Part shown: positions 1-13,076 of the stretch, piece by piece
How positions within the stretch are numbered: the stretch's first letter is position 1
Layout: each line of letters starts with the position of its first letter
Origin: Haliotis rufescens
Taxonomy: Eukaryota
Length of the DNA stretch: 64,000 bases
Assembly (NCBI RefSeq): GCF_023055435.1
Contig: NW_025964002.1
Location: 248,001-312,000, forward strand
Direction: 5' to 3'
The notes under the pieces: model-generated
What the model saw: only the letters and a program-made list of their open reading frames with translations
Told to the model about the DNA's origin: nothing
Databases searched by the model: none
Made by a program: the position numbers and the translations under genes

Positions 1-68
1 TTAATTATTGTATAAGGCATGGTTTTCTCTGTAGACATGAAACTATATATGGACATCTTTACAAATAA

Positions 69-237
69 GGGGCCGTCGGGTAGCCTAGTGGCTAAAGCGT
101 TGGATCATCACACCGAAGAGCCGGGTTCGATTCCCGACATGGGTACAATGTGTGAAGCCCATTTCTGGTGTCCCCCGCCATGATATTGCTGGAATATTGC
201 TAAAAGCGGCGTAAAACCATACTCACTCACTCACTCA
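69..237 (+). mobile_element. SINE family A (tRNA-Asp-like head, (ACTC)n tail), full length
   Basis: A-box TAGCCTAGTGG and B-box GGTTCGATTCC; 3' module GATATTGCTGGAATATTGCTAAAAGCGGCG; (ACTC)n tail; 11-bp TSD CTTTACAAATA at 57-67 and 238-248. Confidence 0.92.
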
Positions 238-769
238 CTTTACAAATACTGCCACATCAAATGTTAGTGCTATATATGTCAATGTTCAAGGTGACATTTG
301 AGGTTATTGGGACACATGGTTGTATTAACTGTATTACTTGTGTAATGCAGAGACTTGGTTATATTTGGACAAAGAAATTGTGATAGTTTGGACTTGAAAT
401 ACATGGTAGTTTTTTAAAGACATTTTGAGTAAATGGAAATGTTTCTGATTTTGCAAGAATTTTTAAACATTTGCTAGTTACATTGGTTTGCATTCTAGAA
501 ACATTTAATTCCCATGAAAATGATGTGTATAATGGTCTTTGTCATATTTATGTAACCTCCAGGTTTATGTTCATTCAATGTTAAGGAGCCAATGGCTATC
601 CTTATTCATCTGGCATTTCTTGTGTGTTAGATTATTTTGCTGACTTATTTCAACAGACATAAAAATATATTTGTGTCAATCAAATTAAGCGCTTGAATAC
701 CACATATGATTGATTATATTTAACATAATAATCATTTAGTCTTCTTTGTTGCAATATGGTTTAGAACAG

Positions 770-960
770 GACCCCAGCAATCTATTCTTGTGATAACAGG
801 CGACTAAATAGATCTGGTTGTCAGATTTGGTGACTTTATTGATTGTGTGTCATCGTACCCGATGGTGTGGATCGTTGCTCATAATAGGAATGACTGATTT
901 GTCTGGTCTGAATTTGCATACAGGTGGCTGGAACATGGCTGAATACAGCATTAAACAAGA
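770..960 (+). mobile_element. Highly diverged SINE family B copy
   Basis: Degenerate matches to family B blocks (GGCGACTAA, GATCG..GCTCAT, TGTCTGGTC, GCTGGAA..GCTGA..TTAAACAA). Confidence 0.5.
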
Positions 961-1213
961 GTGAAAAAAGTATCAAAAATATATGATCATGTAGTATGCA
1001 TATGTTGTTGTTAGCTAACAATTTCTTATATGTTTGTTTGTCTGTTTCTTATGTGCCTCAGATTTGTCATCAATAATATACATAGGTTGTTTTGTATTTT
1101 TGTAATAAAACATCTTCAATGAACTTCATTTCTTTTGTCATGTGAAGTGAATACACCAACAACTAACCCCAGGAGGTGATGGATGTCTACAATCTGACTT
1201 CTCACACAATGTC

Positions 1214-1378
1214 GGTCGGGTAGCCTAGTGGTTAAATCGTTCGTTCGTCACGCCGAAGACCCGGGTTCGATTCCCGACATGGGTACAATGTGTGAAGCCC
1301 ATTTCTGGTGTTCCCCGCCGTGATATTGCTGGAATATTGCTAAAAGCGGCGTTAAACCATACTCACTCACTCACTCAC
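1214..1378 (+). mobile_element. SINE family A
   Basis: Near-identical to 69-237; 14-bp TSD TCTCACACAATGTC at 1200-1213 and 1379-1392. Confidence 0.93.
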
Positions 1379-2578
1379 TCTCACACAATGTCAACCTTGA
1401 CAAATGTACCTTGAACAGCTTATCTATGTTCAGCTACATACACTTCTTTCTTGTATTAAGTTCTCATTGCATGGATGTCCAATCGTGTGTCACAAACTAA
1501 AAGCCAATCTGAAGCTTACATGATCTCTAATTACACAAACATTATTTAGTTCCTACATAGGAGTATCCTCTTCTTTCTTCAGATTTGATCACACAATTTA
1601 ACAGCAGACAAAACGCATGTATACCCGGTAATCTGATGTCAAGAATGTGTTCTATTCATGGTAATACATGGGGTGACATCACTTTCCCGTCCTCTTTCAA
1701 ACTATCTGATGGGGAATGAAAACCACTGACATTTAACCATATTTAATGTAATGAATATGAACATTACTAGCCTGGATTAGAATTTGAAATTTTGAAATTA
1801 CTTTTGCATAAAATAATGATAGTTTACAGATTGATAAAGAAGGAAAGTTTCTTCAGGTTATGCTGTACCGCGAACAATGCAGTCTCACTGCACGCTGTGT
1901 GCTGTCACAACACGGCAGAAGTACGATGCACTTCCGGGTTCAGTTGAGAAGCAGTGCGTACGAAATAAGTGTCACGTGCATACACAAGCCACGCCCACTC
2001 ATGAATATTGTAGACTTAAGACCATTGTAGGTTTAAGGGCACAACACACGTCTTTCACAGCTGAGGGGGTGATGTAAATCCGGCTGGGGACCATGCAGGT
2101 AGCAAAAGTACTGTAAGTCCCCATGGACCCCAGCATGGTGATCTATAGCCCTGTTTTACACTGTACTGTTTCATGACTGTTTTATCTTTTAATGGTTGTA
2201 TGCTAGCTTTAAATATTAATCTGTGATATTCTAGTAATTTTACTGTTCATCGATGACAGGTTTTTATTTAGTTTAAATATATGTATAAATAATGTATAAC
2301 TTCTCGTCACGACATGGCTGAAATATTGCCGATGTGACGTGAAGCATAAACTCACTCACTCACTCAGGGCATTATCATTTGCAGAAGCTCTCGGTCTTTT
2401 CAACTGTCCTCCTTCGTCAGGCAGTTAATGGAAGACCTCGGGCTCCGGCAAATGATAATGCCCTGAAAAATAGCGCTGGCTGTGCTCATAAAGTAAAGGG
2501 GAATGCTTTACAATGTGTCTTGATTTGGCCGTCACCGATGCACTTTATTTTTAAAGTCTGGTTCATGTAGTGGATATA

Positions 2579-4051
2579 TACTCACACGCAAAAGAAACGC
2601 AAGTCGAGTATGCAGTATACATGTTATTTATTTTCAGCAGTAAATACAAGAAATACTAAAAGGGCAAGAATAACAAAAATTTGACTGAAGACAGTTTAAT
2701 GGATTGAAAGGCAGATGACATAATTGTTTTTTTCAAATGTTAAGGGCTTACACAGTTTCGGGTCAATACCCAAAATGCCAGTCAATACCTGGTGTGACCA
2801 CCATTAGCATTGGTCACTGTCACACATCTCCTGTACATTGAATGGATCAGACGATTTGTGAAGGCCCTAGGGATCCTCCTGCACACATCCAGAGCAGCTG
2901 TGCGTAGTTCATCGGCAGTTGTAGGGACAGGGCGCACATTGTGCAGACGCCTTTGAACCTCATCCCACAAGTGTTCGATGGGGTTCAGATCAGGACTGAG
3001 GGCTGGCCACGGTAGAACACGGATGTTGTGTTGTTGCAGAAAGTCCATGGTAGCTCTGGCAACATGGAGACGAGCGTTGTCCTGCTGGATAATGTGTTGT
3101 TGATGTTGTGCAACAAATGGAACAACGTGGGGTCTGATCACTTGGTCGATATACCGCTGAGCAGTGACGCCGTGTCCCCGACCTTGACCAACATTCAGGA
3201 AGCATATGAGTCTCGCATTAAGTCCAATCCCTGCCCATATCATGACGCTAGGTCCACCCCATGGATCCCTTTCCACAACGTTTCTGTCAGCGAAACGATC
3301 ACATCGACGCCGCCAAATTCTGACTCTTCCGTCTGCTTTGGAGACACAAAAGCGACTTTCATCAGAGAAGATGACACGCCTCCACTCACGATGACGCCAA
3401 TTGTGATGACCCTGTGCCCACTGATCGAAGTCGTGCTTGTCGGATCACAATGTCCCAGCAAATGTGTCGATTATGTGTTCCTATGGTCTGTCGAGCATTT
3501 TCAGTTGCAGTTAGGAACGGATGTCGCTGGTGTTGACGGGTAATCTGCCGATCTTGTCGAGGTGTGGTGACCCTAGGACGACCGCTCCGAGGAAGGTCAT
3601 CTGTGGTCTGTGTAGCATTGTATCGATGCAGGAGACGGTAAATTGTGGTTATGTTAATGTTGAAATGACGGGCAACATCTTGGACAGACTCTCCAGCTTC
3701 CAAACGCCCTATAGCCTGTTTTCTCTGTATTTGAGTAAGGCGTGGCATTGTTGACCAAGGAGTGGTAGGTCCAAGAATCGGCCACAGTTTTATACCCACC
3801 ACAGTTCGTGACAGTTCGTGCATTTTCGATTTCGCGAGAAATGGGTGCATGATACCCACATATTCATTGAAATGGTGCGTTTTGGCGATTCGTTTTTTAT
3901 GTTGCGTTTTTACTCGGGGCTTCCAAAATGCAACCAAAAATATTGATAACACAATCAGGCTTCACTACATGCTAAAACTCGTATCAATTTATGGTTCCGT
4001 GTTTGTTACCTATTTGCTTAAAACCACTTGCGTTTCTTTGGCGTGTGAGTA
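2579..4051 (-). mobile_element. Tc1/mariner DNA transposon (DD34E), both ends present
   Basis: TIRs TACTCACACGC(A/C)AAAGAAACGCAAGT (1 mismatch) flanked by TA on both sides; encloses a transposase pseudogene. Confidence 0.95.
2782..3748 (-). pseudogene. Tc1 transposase, frameshifted and internally deleted near 3425-3460
   Basis: MPRL..AIGRLEAG HTH start, GRPR linker, IFSDESRF, QQDNAR, SPDLNPIEHLW; exactly 34 residues between the second D and E; the N- and C-terminal halves are in different frames. Confidence 0.93.
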
Positions 4052-4078
4052 TATTAGTTGAATACTTATGTATGACAA

Positions 4079-4240
4079 GACCGTCTCCGTGGTCTAGAGC
4101 ATCCGCTCGGAGAGCGAAAGGTCCGGGGTTCGATCCCCGGCTGCGTCATACCAAAAGACGTTAAAAGATAGAACTTGTTGTTACCCTGTCTGGCGCTCGG
4201 AGTCTGTATACTGTGTCTGAGTGGGGTATGACAAGTAACA
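4079..4240 (+). mobile_element. tRNA-derived SINE with V-domain-like body (family V)
   Basis: GGTCTAG..GGTTCGATCCCCGG head followed by GTCATACCAAAAGACGTTAAAA..TGTCTGGCGCTC; a related copy lies at 31823-31985. Confidence 0.6.
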
Positions 4241-4689
4241 TCAATCTCATGATATCAGTGATAGGTTAAGGTGACCTACTTTCAATGTGTAGTATTGTAA
4301 TCCTCCGACACGAAGAGGAAGAGTTATATAGGTATGGGTGTTGTCCATCCGCCTATCCTTCTGTATTTCCGTCTGTCCGTCACATTTCTTTTCCGGAGCA
4401 GAACTCAAAAGATATCTTAACAAACATGGCACATGGGTCTAGGTCTAACAAATTCTATCCATTTTCGCTATAATAACGGTAAAGCTTTCTTTCAGGGCAT
4501 TATCATTTGCAGAAGCCCTTGGTCTTTTGAGAACCGTTCCCATAATTACTTAATTGAGATATATACCACTTATATACTCAAGATTTATAGGCCAGCTTGG
4601 TCAAGTGTATACAATGTTCAGTAGAATCAAATCAAGGAAAGGCCTAAAACGGGTAGGTTTGAATGACCTCAAAACTGTAGTTAAAAAAA

Positions 4690-5340
4690 GCTTTGGATGA
4701 GATGACCAGAATGCAGAATGAAAGACTGTTCACCTGGACAGAACATTAATGGTGATGGACTCAAGGTGGCTCACTTGAATGTTCGAATACTCAAAGCTCA
4801 TTTTGAAGATGTGAAGAATAATATGTTTGTCGGTGTGGTACATGTTTTGTGTTCCACCGACACTCACATCAATGATAACAGTGAAAGAGACCTCCAAGGA
4901 TATCAAGTCTATACAGGAGACATAAAACACATGGTATTGCTGTGTATGGTTCAATAAGTTTCAAGAACAGTGTCCATCCATGTGATGTAACTCGCAGTGT
5001 TGAATGAATTTCCTTCCTTGTTGGCAAGTTCTGCATTGCTTGTGTGTATGTTCCTCCACGGTTGTCACATTCACTTACTGCTTTCATGCCGAAACTTCAG
5101 GATCTCTCCAAGTAGCATGAAGGCAAACATGTCCCAGTTACTGGGGATTTCAACTATGATCTGAGTGAATAACTGAAACTTGAAGTTTCCATTATTGTGC
5201 AGATAATGACTCAACTCATTCACCCTCCAACTCACAGCCATGGAGCTTCACTGAATTTGTTGTTTACTGACCATGCCAGTGCTGTAGCATTCCAGAGTCG
5301 TCTACTACTCAGATCATCAGATGATTGGTACGATATTTCT
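4690..5340 (+). pseudogene. APE-type endonuclease remnant, Helentron (Helitron2)-like
   Basis: Motifs LKVAHLNVR..HFEDV..VLCSTDTH, CVYVPP, GDFNYD, LIHPPTH..GASL, VYYSDH across stops and frameshifts; no RT downstream. Confidence 0.65.
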
Positions 5341-6549
5341 CAGTACACTTCATGGTGAATCCTGCGCTCAATGATCCCTAAGTAAAGTAAGAACTCCCTT
5401 ACTTCTCTGATTATTGTAATAATATAAGTAATAACACAACTCATTACAGTTACGTATTCTATCATAAACTGCATATGGCAAGAAACACCAGTTATAATAT
5501 TTTTTAGTGCTTGCAATTACGCCATTTACAAAAGGCCAGTGAACATAGTTCAAAGAAGCTTAATGACTTGCACACAACCGGCCATGTCATACTGGTGGGG
5601 CATATGAGTATTTCATGCCTGTTGGAATTATACCTTGGTACATCATGTTTGCTTATTATGCAGGATATATGTCAATGGTATCAAAGGTCAAGTTCACTCT
5701 GAAGGTCATGCACTAAAATGTTTATTATGACAATATATAACTCAATAAGTATTTGATGTAGAAGGATCACATTTGGTAAATTTCGTCCTTAGAGTTAGGA
5801 ACTGAAATGGTAAGGACTTTGAGTGACCTGTATTGAACTCAAGGTTTTCGAACTCATTTATTTGTAATTTGTAAGGCATGTCATACCATGCCACTTTTGT
5901 TGATCGAAGTTCATGTTGTAATTCACCGGATTGTATGGTACAGACCACCGTCATATGGCTGGAATATTGCTGAGTGCAGCCTCAAACAACCAATAAAGGA
6001 ACATGTTTCCAACTATAAATAATTACGCATGTATTTCTGGTTTAATGACCCTGACAATGACATTTCATACAACTCTTTTTCAGAAGTGTCTTGAATTAGA
6101 CATGTGTTTGCACAAACCAGGAGTGATGTCATTAAACAAAAAGAGCATTTAACTTTCCTGTTCAGCTGGAGGTGACATGTTCTGACTAGAGGGGGTAGCT
6201 TAGCCAGGTAGAACAAAAGACGACCAGTACAATATGCACAGATTTATTTATATGAACATCATATGTAGCTAACAGATATTTACAACAATAATGAGCATAA
6301 TATAATATAGACTATAGGGACCGAGCATGTTCCTGGGAAGTCAAGGGCAGGTTTTTACCATGCAAGTAGATGTATACAAGAAGCACTATGTCAGCACAAA
6401 TTAGTAGTGGTTGTTGTGTTGGTGCCCCAGATTACCTAGCCTAACCCTGGCAAGGCTGAGTATGAGACCTTCTTACTCTGGACCAAGGTCTAAAGAAGAA
6501 GAAAGAAAAAAAATGCTCATTAATGTGTCACACTTTGCAATTACAAAAT

Positions 6550-9030
6550 ATTTTAAAACACTATTATCACGATATTAAAGTCTTAAAGGTTTATGTGACA
6601 GAAAAGGACATAATATAACACATTATTTAGAATAAATACATTTATATCAAACCCCCTGAGACAACTAACAGGGATAGTTTAAACAAGAGGATTGATTGAT
6701 TTGGTTTAAACGAACATGAAGTAGATCTGTGTTTGTACATAGAATAGAGAGATTGGGAAAATAGGTAATTTATCATGAGGTAGGTCAGTATACCAATGAG
6801 TTCCATTGACAAAACATTAGGTTCAGATTGAATGACTTCACTTAAAAGATCATATCTGAAATCAGAATAGAATGGACAGACAATTATAACAAATGACGTT
6901 CATCCTCAATAACAGTAAAATTATAATGTTTACAAATACGGTTTTGTAAAGGGGCTACAGGTCTAGTAAAGCGGCCAAGTTACATCTCAAGCAGGAGCGT
7001 ACCAGATTGTAATTTAACTAAACTACTGCGATGTTGTCGAGGGCTTATACGTTTTACATATTTTTCAGTAAATAAATCCTTTTTTTTTAAAAACCGATAG
7101 GTTCTTAGTTTGTTACCATCAGGTTTGCATTCCGCAGGCTCAGGCACCAGTTTCAACAACCAACCTTTAATACATTTGAAACTAAGGGTAGGATCCTTAA
7201 GATCGATGTTATCCCGTTCAAATAGCGCAAGAACACGGTTGACCCTTTATTTATAGCAGACCAATTCTAAGCATTTGATAGCAGTGAACGAGTTTGAGAT
7301 ACATTTTGATCTTAACTGGTGTAAAATGTCATTGTTTTGTTTAAGAAAGACCTGATGTCCAACTCGTGTCACCCGTGGTGGCAAAGGTAGGTGATTTACT
7401 GCCCACGCCCAGGTAAATTCTAGCCCCCTATTCTGCACAGTGTTTATACCTTGATACTCTTGTTCCCCAAATAGGGACGCCATATGATAAAATTGGTTTT
7501 GCAAAGCTGACATAAGGCTGCTTTAAAAACACACGATGTGCCACATCGACATTCCTTCTACATTTAACAGTGGCTACACATAATGCAGGGCTAGCCGATT
7601 TAGCAATATGTTTTGCTGTTACATTCATGTCTAAAGATTTATTCACGATCCAAGGTATAATACATAGATGAATAATCAATTATAGTCTCAGACCATCTAA
7701 CAACAAAATGAGACATGTCAATATAATTATTCCGAAAATGGACATTATTTTTCTTGTTACAATTTACTGATAATTTCCCTTTTTCAAATCAATTGATGGC
7801 ACAATCTACATGTATATCATCATATGCAATGACTATTCATCTGGTGCAATTAATGCAATATCCTCAGCTTATAACAACACAATTAACATTTCTTCTTCCA
7901 ACTGTATGCATCATGATACATCATTCATAGCACTGGCTACGTCATTGAGTAATAACCGAACAAAGAGTAGGCGATAACACCAAGCCTTGCTTTACACTAC
8001 AATCAACTCTAAAGCACTCAGTAAGATAACCGTGAACAGAAACACAACATGAAACTTTATCATTTCTGTGCATCAATGAAACATACATATATTGATTCTT
8101 TTCTTCTTCTATTATTCACAATATTAAAAAGACATTACATATATGTTGAACGGAACTGCGTTTCTTCTGAAAACCATTTTTCTTATCCACCAACATAGTC
8201 TCGTAGTACATAAACTCAGACGAATATTCTTAGTATTTGAGTATATTTTAAAATGTATGGATAAAATAGTAATACCTCTACAACCCAAAGAATCATGGCA
8301 TAAATTAGTATCACTCTTAGGTATCGGTGCTTTTATGCCGTGTTTCCATGTGGTTAAAATATCACCCGTTTTAGAACATGATAAAAATAGCTAAAATAAT
8401 GGATTTATGCACGCTTCATTCTTCAACGCATCACTGGGAATAAGGTCGAGGCCTGATGAGTTTCCCAGCTTGGCTTAGTGGACAGTCGTTCAACTTCCTC
8501 CCGTATGATGGCGGCGTTAAGCGCTGTGCCGTCAGTATCGTGCGGATCCAGTACCTCGGTACTCGAGTCCAGTTACCAGTGCCATCATCAACATTATATA
8601 GTTTCTCCTAACTCTCTCTCTAACAGTTCAACACAGTGGCTTTATCGTAGTGACAGATGCCGTCCTGCATAACCTTCCATGGTATTCGAGTTTCCCGTTC
8701 GTTTGAGATACCAATCTTACCTGTTAAGTGCCTCGTTGAGCCAGTGACATATCATTTTCAACAGATCATGTTGCTTTTCTAGTTGTTATTCTCTTTGCAT
8801 TTCCTGAGAAACTTGTCAAAACATGTTCTCGCTGTTACAAACTTCTTCTTGAGAATTGATTTTCGTATTTTGTCACCGTTACAGGATCAGTGCTCGTGCT
8901 CACGTTCCTTAACAATGTCTGGAGTTCAGCTGACCAGTACGGTTTAAAAACGCTTTTCTTTGACGAGTTACTGACTTTCTTTTTCAGTCGCGGAATACAC
9001 TTGTCTGGCTCCGACGGTAGGAAGGAATCA
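6550..9030 (-). mobile_element. Decayed non-LTR retrotransposon ORF2 (RT), CR1/L2/RTE-X group
   Basis: Minus-strand fragments KPYWSAEL (~8930), RGITILS..KIYS (~8260), GVKQG..LSPTL (~7980), LL*AEDIALIA (YADD box, ~7865), KPILSYGVPIWG (~7480), NKLRTY (~7105). Confidence 0.7.
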
Positions 9031-9216
9031 AACCTGTCATAGGCACTGGCATTACTTTTGGAAGAGTCTATGGTGTGTTCTTTACGAGCAATGGTCTGTT
9101 ACAGTTCCTCTACACATTGGCTGCCCTGCAAGCAAGTAGCGGGAATCTTATCACATCATATTCGGTATCTGTCGGGTACACTCAAGGACGACGTCAGTTT
9201 TTATCCGCCGTTATGG

Positions 9217-9420
9217 CGCACTCAACAATATTCCAACCTGCACACTGAGGTTTCTAGATAATCGAGTCGTTGCCAAACAATCCAGTGATTAACATCAGGA
9301 ACATGTATCTATGCCATTGGGATACGATGACTAGGTTCAACAAAGTCAGCGAGGCCCCCGCGAGTACCGGCATATTCGCCTCATTCGGTTGCTGAATATT
9401 CTAACCAGAAATGTTTATGT
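9217..9420 (-). mobile_element. Diverged SINE family B copy
   Basis: CGCACTCAACAATATTCCA..ATAATCGAGTC..CAATCCAGTGATTAACATC..AAGTCAGCGAG match the family B reverse complement. Confidence 0.65.
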
Positions 9421-9434
9421 GAGCTGAATGAAAC

Positions 9435-9635
9435 CCCATAGACAAAACAATCCAGGTATTATATAAAGCTTTTAAGTAGTTATGTTTTATTTGGCTGTAG
9501 ATAAACCCCAAGGGCATTTTAAATAGAAATAATGTTTTACTGGGGTGTAGATAGACCACATGGACATTATAAATAGTACCAATGTTTCATAGGGCTGTAG
9601 ATAGACCACATAGATATTTTAAATTGTACTAATGA
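9435..9635. repeat. Diverged ~51-bp tandem repeat (3-4 copies)
   Basis: Recurring GGCTGTAGATAGACCACA..ATTTTAAAT..AATG. Confidence 0.65.
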
Positions 9636-10197
9636 ATACTAAAACCCGCAACAGATATGTATACCCTACTCTCAAAGTCCCAAAGAGGAACAGGTCGGGC
9701 GAAATTACACTTAAGGCAACAACAACAACTTTGAGGAATTAGTGTCTTTTGCAAAAATTTAATGAAATATATAGCCTGTAAAATATTCCCAGTGTGTCAT
9801 ATCACACGTTTCAGTGTATATTTTGTATATAGCTAAAAGTGCAATACGTTCCACATTAAAGTTGATAAATATATCCTGTAAATAATTCAAAATATGTTAT
9901 TTCTGTGGAATACTTAAAAATGTGTGATTTCTGGTATGAATTAATGATTAAAAGTGCATAATAAACATATCCTGTAAATTCCTCAAAATGTCAGTCTTCT
10001 GGTCTGTTCCACTCTAATGAAAGATAAACAGGTAACGATTGCTTGACTAACCAGCCTTGACTAATCCTGGTATCAGCTGTCTGACAAATGGGATGTCCGA
10101 CAATTGGGAGGTTACCGTGATGACATGGGTTGATGACGAGGCCCATTTCCGACTCCCTCTTTCGAATCATCAGCACACAGTAGGACCTAGGACAGAC

Positions 10198-10310
10198 CAG
10201 GGTCCCGTTCCACAAAGCGATCTTAGCGCTACGACTATTGTAAGCCTATGTTAAAGTATACGAATTACGATCATCTTAGCGCTTAGATCGCTTTGTGGAA
10301 AGGGCCCCTG
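10198..10310. mobile_element. MITE, 113 bp, with ~35-bp TIRs
   Basis: CAGGGTCCCGTTCCACAAAGCGATCT ... AGATCGCTTTGTGGAAAGGGCCCCTG; second family member at 23512-23629. Confidence 0.85.
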
Positions 10311-12818
10311 AAAGGTTTTCATGGCCGTGTCCACCGCAGTCTTCCACATCAGCACCCAAACCTGTACAGATTTGTGTACTTGATTCAAGGCATTGAAAGT
10401 CGGAAGCTGTCACTTATAGACTTTGGTGCTGCTGCCCCACCCAGGTAGAAGGTCAACAGAGAGTCAGAGGGGAGTCTGGTGCCTCTCAAAGGGAAGCTGG
10501 TCAGTGGGCAGAAGACACCTCTTGAATTCTTGGATGCTGTTGGACATTTGCTGAATCTGGGCTGAAAACAGACATTGTACTGAACTGTGATCAGTGTGTA
10601 TTTTGAATATTGTGTCTTTTGCAATAATGTAATAAATGCTAAAATGTGTTATTTCTGTTTTTATTTGATGATTAAAAGTGCATAATTAACCTATCCTTTA
10701 ACTTCCTCAAAATGTGTGTTTTCTGGTCTGTTTACAGGTAAACAGGTAACTATTACTTAACTCACAAACCTTGACTCCTCCTGGTATAAGCTGTCTGACA
10801 AATGGGATACATGTATCTGACGGTTTGGAGGTTATCACACAGAGAAACGTATGCTGACATTTTTTTCCCTTAAAAACAAAGCAACCTTTGATAATTATTT
10901 GCATAAGAAATTATCATACAGGCTGTAACTAATCAAATCTCGACCAGACAAAACAATTATATATGATAAAATATTATGAGCAATGGTCCTACAGACCAGG
11001 GTATAAGGACGCGGAATTAATCAAGTCACCGAGTCCGAGACCTATACTTAACCGGATAACATACAACAATCTACAGTATTAGTGCCAGATGTTTGGTATA
11101 CACAATCCATTTATGTCTGTAGAATAATGAATTAGTCAGTACAGGAATCTTACATAATCCCAACGAAATAATTCTATATATTCTAATAATTCATACAAAA
11201 CATTGAATGATAATATAACATGAATAATGTACAGAAAACTCATCATTAATAATGATTCTGGAAAGCAAAGCAATGTAAACGGGAAAAAACAAATCTGTGA
11301 ACCATCATACAACCAAGAGCTACATGTTAGCTACATAAGACTGACAGTAAACATAACTGTTTTAGAAAAGTAAAGTAGAGACAAAAGGTGATATGTATAT
11401 TACAGGTTACATACATGCCAGCAGCTGGGGTTGATGAAGAATGCTTGGCCAACTAACACTTGTTTTTAGTAGAACATTTTAAAATAGGGTCACAAGGCTT
11501 TGTGGAATCTTCCACAAGACACACAAGACAATCTCGCTGCATGATAAATTACACATGAAGAAGTTTCAGAGTTGTGAGACACAGGAAAAGTACCCACAGA
11601 TTTGGTTTGAGATTCTTTGCAGTGATAATGATTCACTTACTGTGAACACAAACACACAATAACCATGCGGTTAGAGTAAATGTAAGCAAATGACGCACTT
11701 ATTATTGTTATAATATATTATGTATTCGTGAATTAATATTCGTATTCATTTCCCTATATTTGTGATACGAATCGCATTCGCTTCATTGTATATTCATTGC
11801 AGCCAATGCAACAATATATACCATCTCAACACATATAGACAACTCATTGTATATCAGGTGCCAATATAGTATGTCAATATGGCTGGAAAAGCAAACAAAT
11901 TGGAAATTACAAATATATGGTGCAAACATAGTTCTCATTTGAGGAGGGAGACAAAGGTTACAACCACAACAATAGTGCAAAGATATCAAAGTAAGTAATC
12001 GGTTTAAATGACATATCCCTTCAGACAGGATTTCAGCTTATTAAATAAAATGCAAAATGTAGTAAACAAATGATAAAATTGGTATTTCATGTAGTAAAAT
12101 TGATCCAGGAGGACATGTGGAAAACTTGTGACCTGCACACTGTTTGATCTCTTTGAAAATGTTTGCAAATGCGACTCCTAAAAATTGTATGTGAAAGCAT
12201 AACTGCCAGGTCACAAGGGCTCACGAAGATTAATCTTTCTTATACACAATACACTAAGTGTGACAAGTTTGTTGTCATAAAACTTCCATAACATCATAAA
12301 CAACAAGGAAGAGTCTCCTCGTGACGATATAATCCATATACCCATACATTCCTGGAACTTGACATACATATTTGACCTCTTCACATATACTGTATTCAGC
12401 ATATCCATCAGAATGTATGCAATAGTTTCCTTCACGCCCACATACACACGGTAATCTGTGAACACTCTGAAGTGTAATAAAAGATACATGGGATAAGCTA
12501 AGGTGACACAATGACACACAATCAGCCAGGCAAAAACATTTTAGCAACTTTGTACTCGTTAAAGTCATTTCGCCCTGAAAGTCTTCTTCTATCCGATAAG
12601 CCCCAAAAGGTTCTTGAAGAAAGTGACAAAATTAAAAATATGCCAATTAACCTCACATTTTCAAATCTATACCATAGTAAAGCTTGAGATGAGCAATACG
12701 AAGGTTTGTGGGTTTTGCCTTGGTTACCAGGGACCAAATCATTTGACAACGCTAACCAGACATCTGTTTTTAGTCGTGTCCAGAACTGTGGCTAAGTGTG
12801 TGTGTCGTCTTGCCACCT

Positions 12819-13076
12819 CAGAAGTTTAGGGTGGCCAAGTTGTTTAAAGCGCCGCAATTCGCTGTGCAGAAACCTTAGATTGTGGGTTCGAATCACGGTT
12901 CATCATGTTTCTAGGTTGTCAGCACGATACCCGTGCTCGTGGGTGTCACCAAAGTGGTAAACGTCTGAGACCTGCATCACTTCGGGCGTCCCTCTCACAT
13001 TAAGCTGACACGCCGTGATGTAACTGGAATACTGTTAAAGGCGACGTTGAACCAAACTCTCTCACTCACTCACTCA
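12819..13076 (+). mobile_element. SINE family C (tRNA head, Meta/MESC-like 3' domain, (ACTC)n tail)
   Basis: GGTGGCCAAGT..GGGTTCGAATC head; CACATTAAGCTGACACGCCGTGATGTAACTGGAATACTG; TSD GTCTT(G/A)CCACCT at 12807-12818 and 13077-13088; partial copy at ~63290-63422. Confidence 0.8.

Noticed and set aside
69-145. tRNA gene (Asp-like) at SINE A heads, also 1214, 29510, 29841, 33168
   Set aside because: No acceptor stem; each continues into a shared body and tail and has TSDs, so these are SINEs.
8440-8500. CTGATGAG suggesting a hammerhead ribozyme core (also CTGATGA at ~37077)
   Set aside because: No correctly placed stem II plus GAAA and no closing stems; the second case lies inside ORF1 coding sequence.
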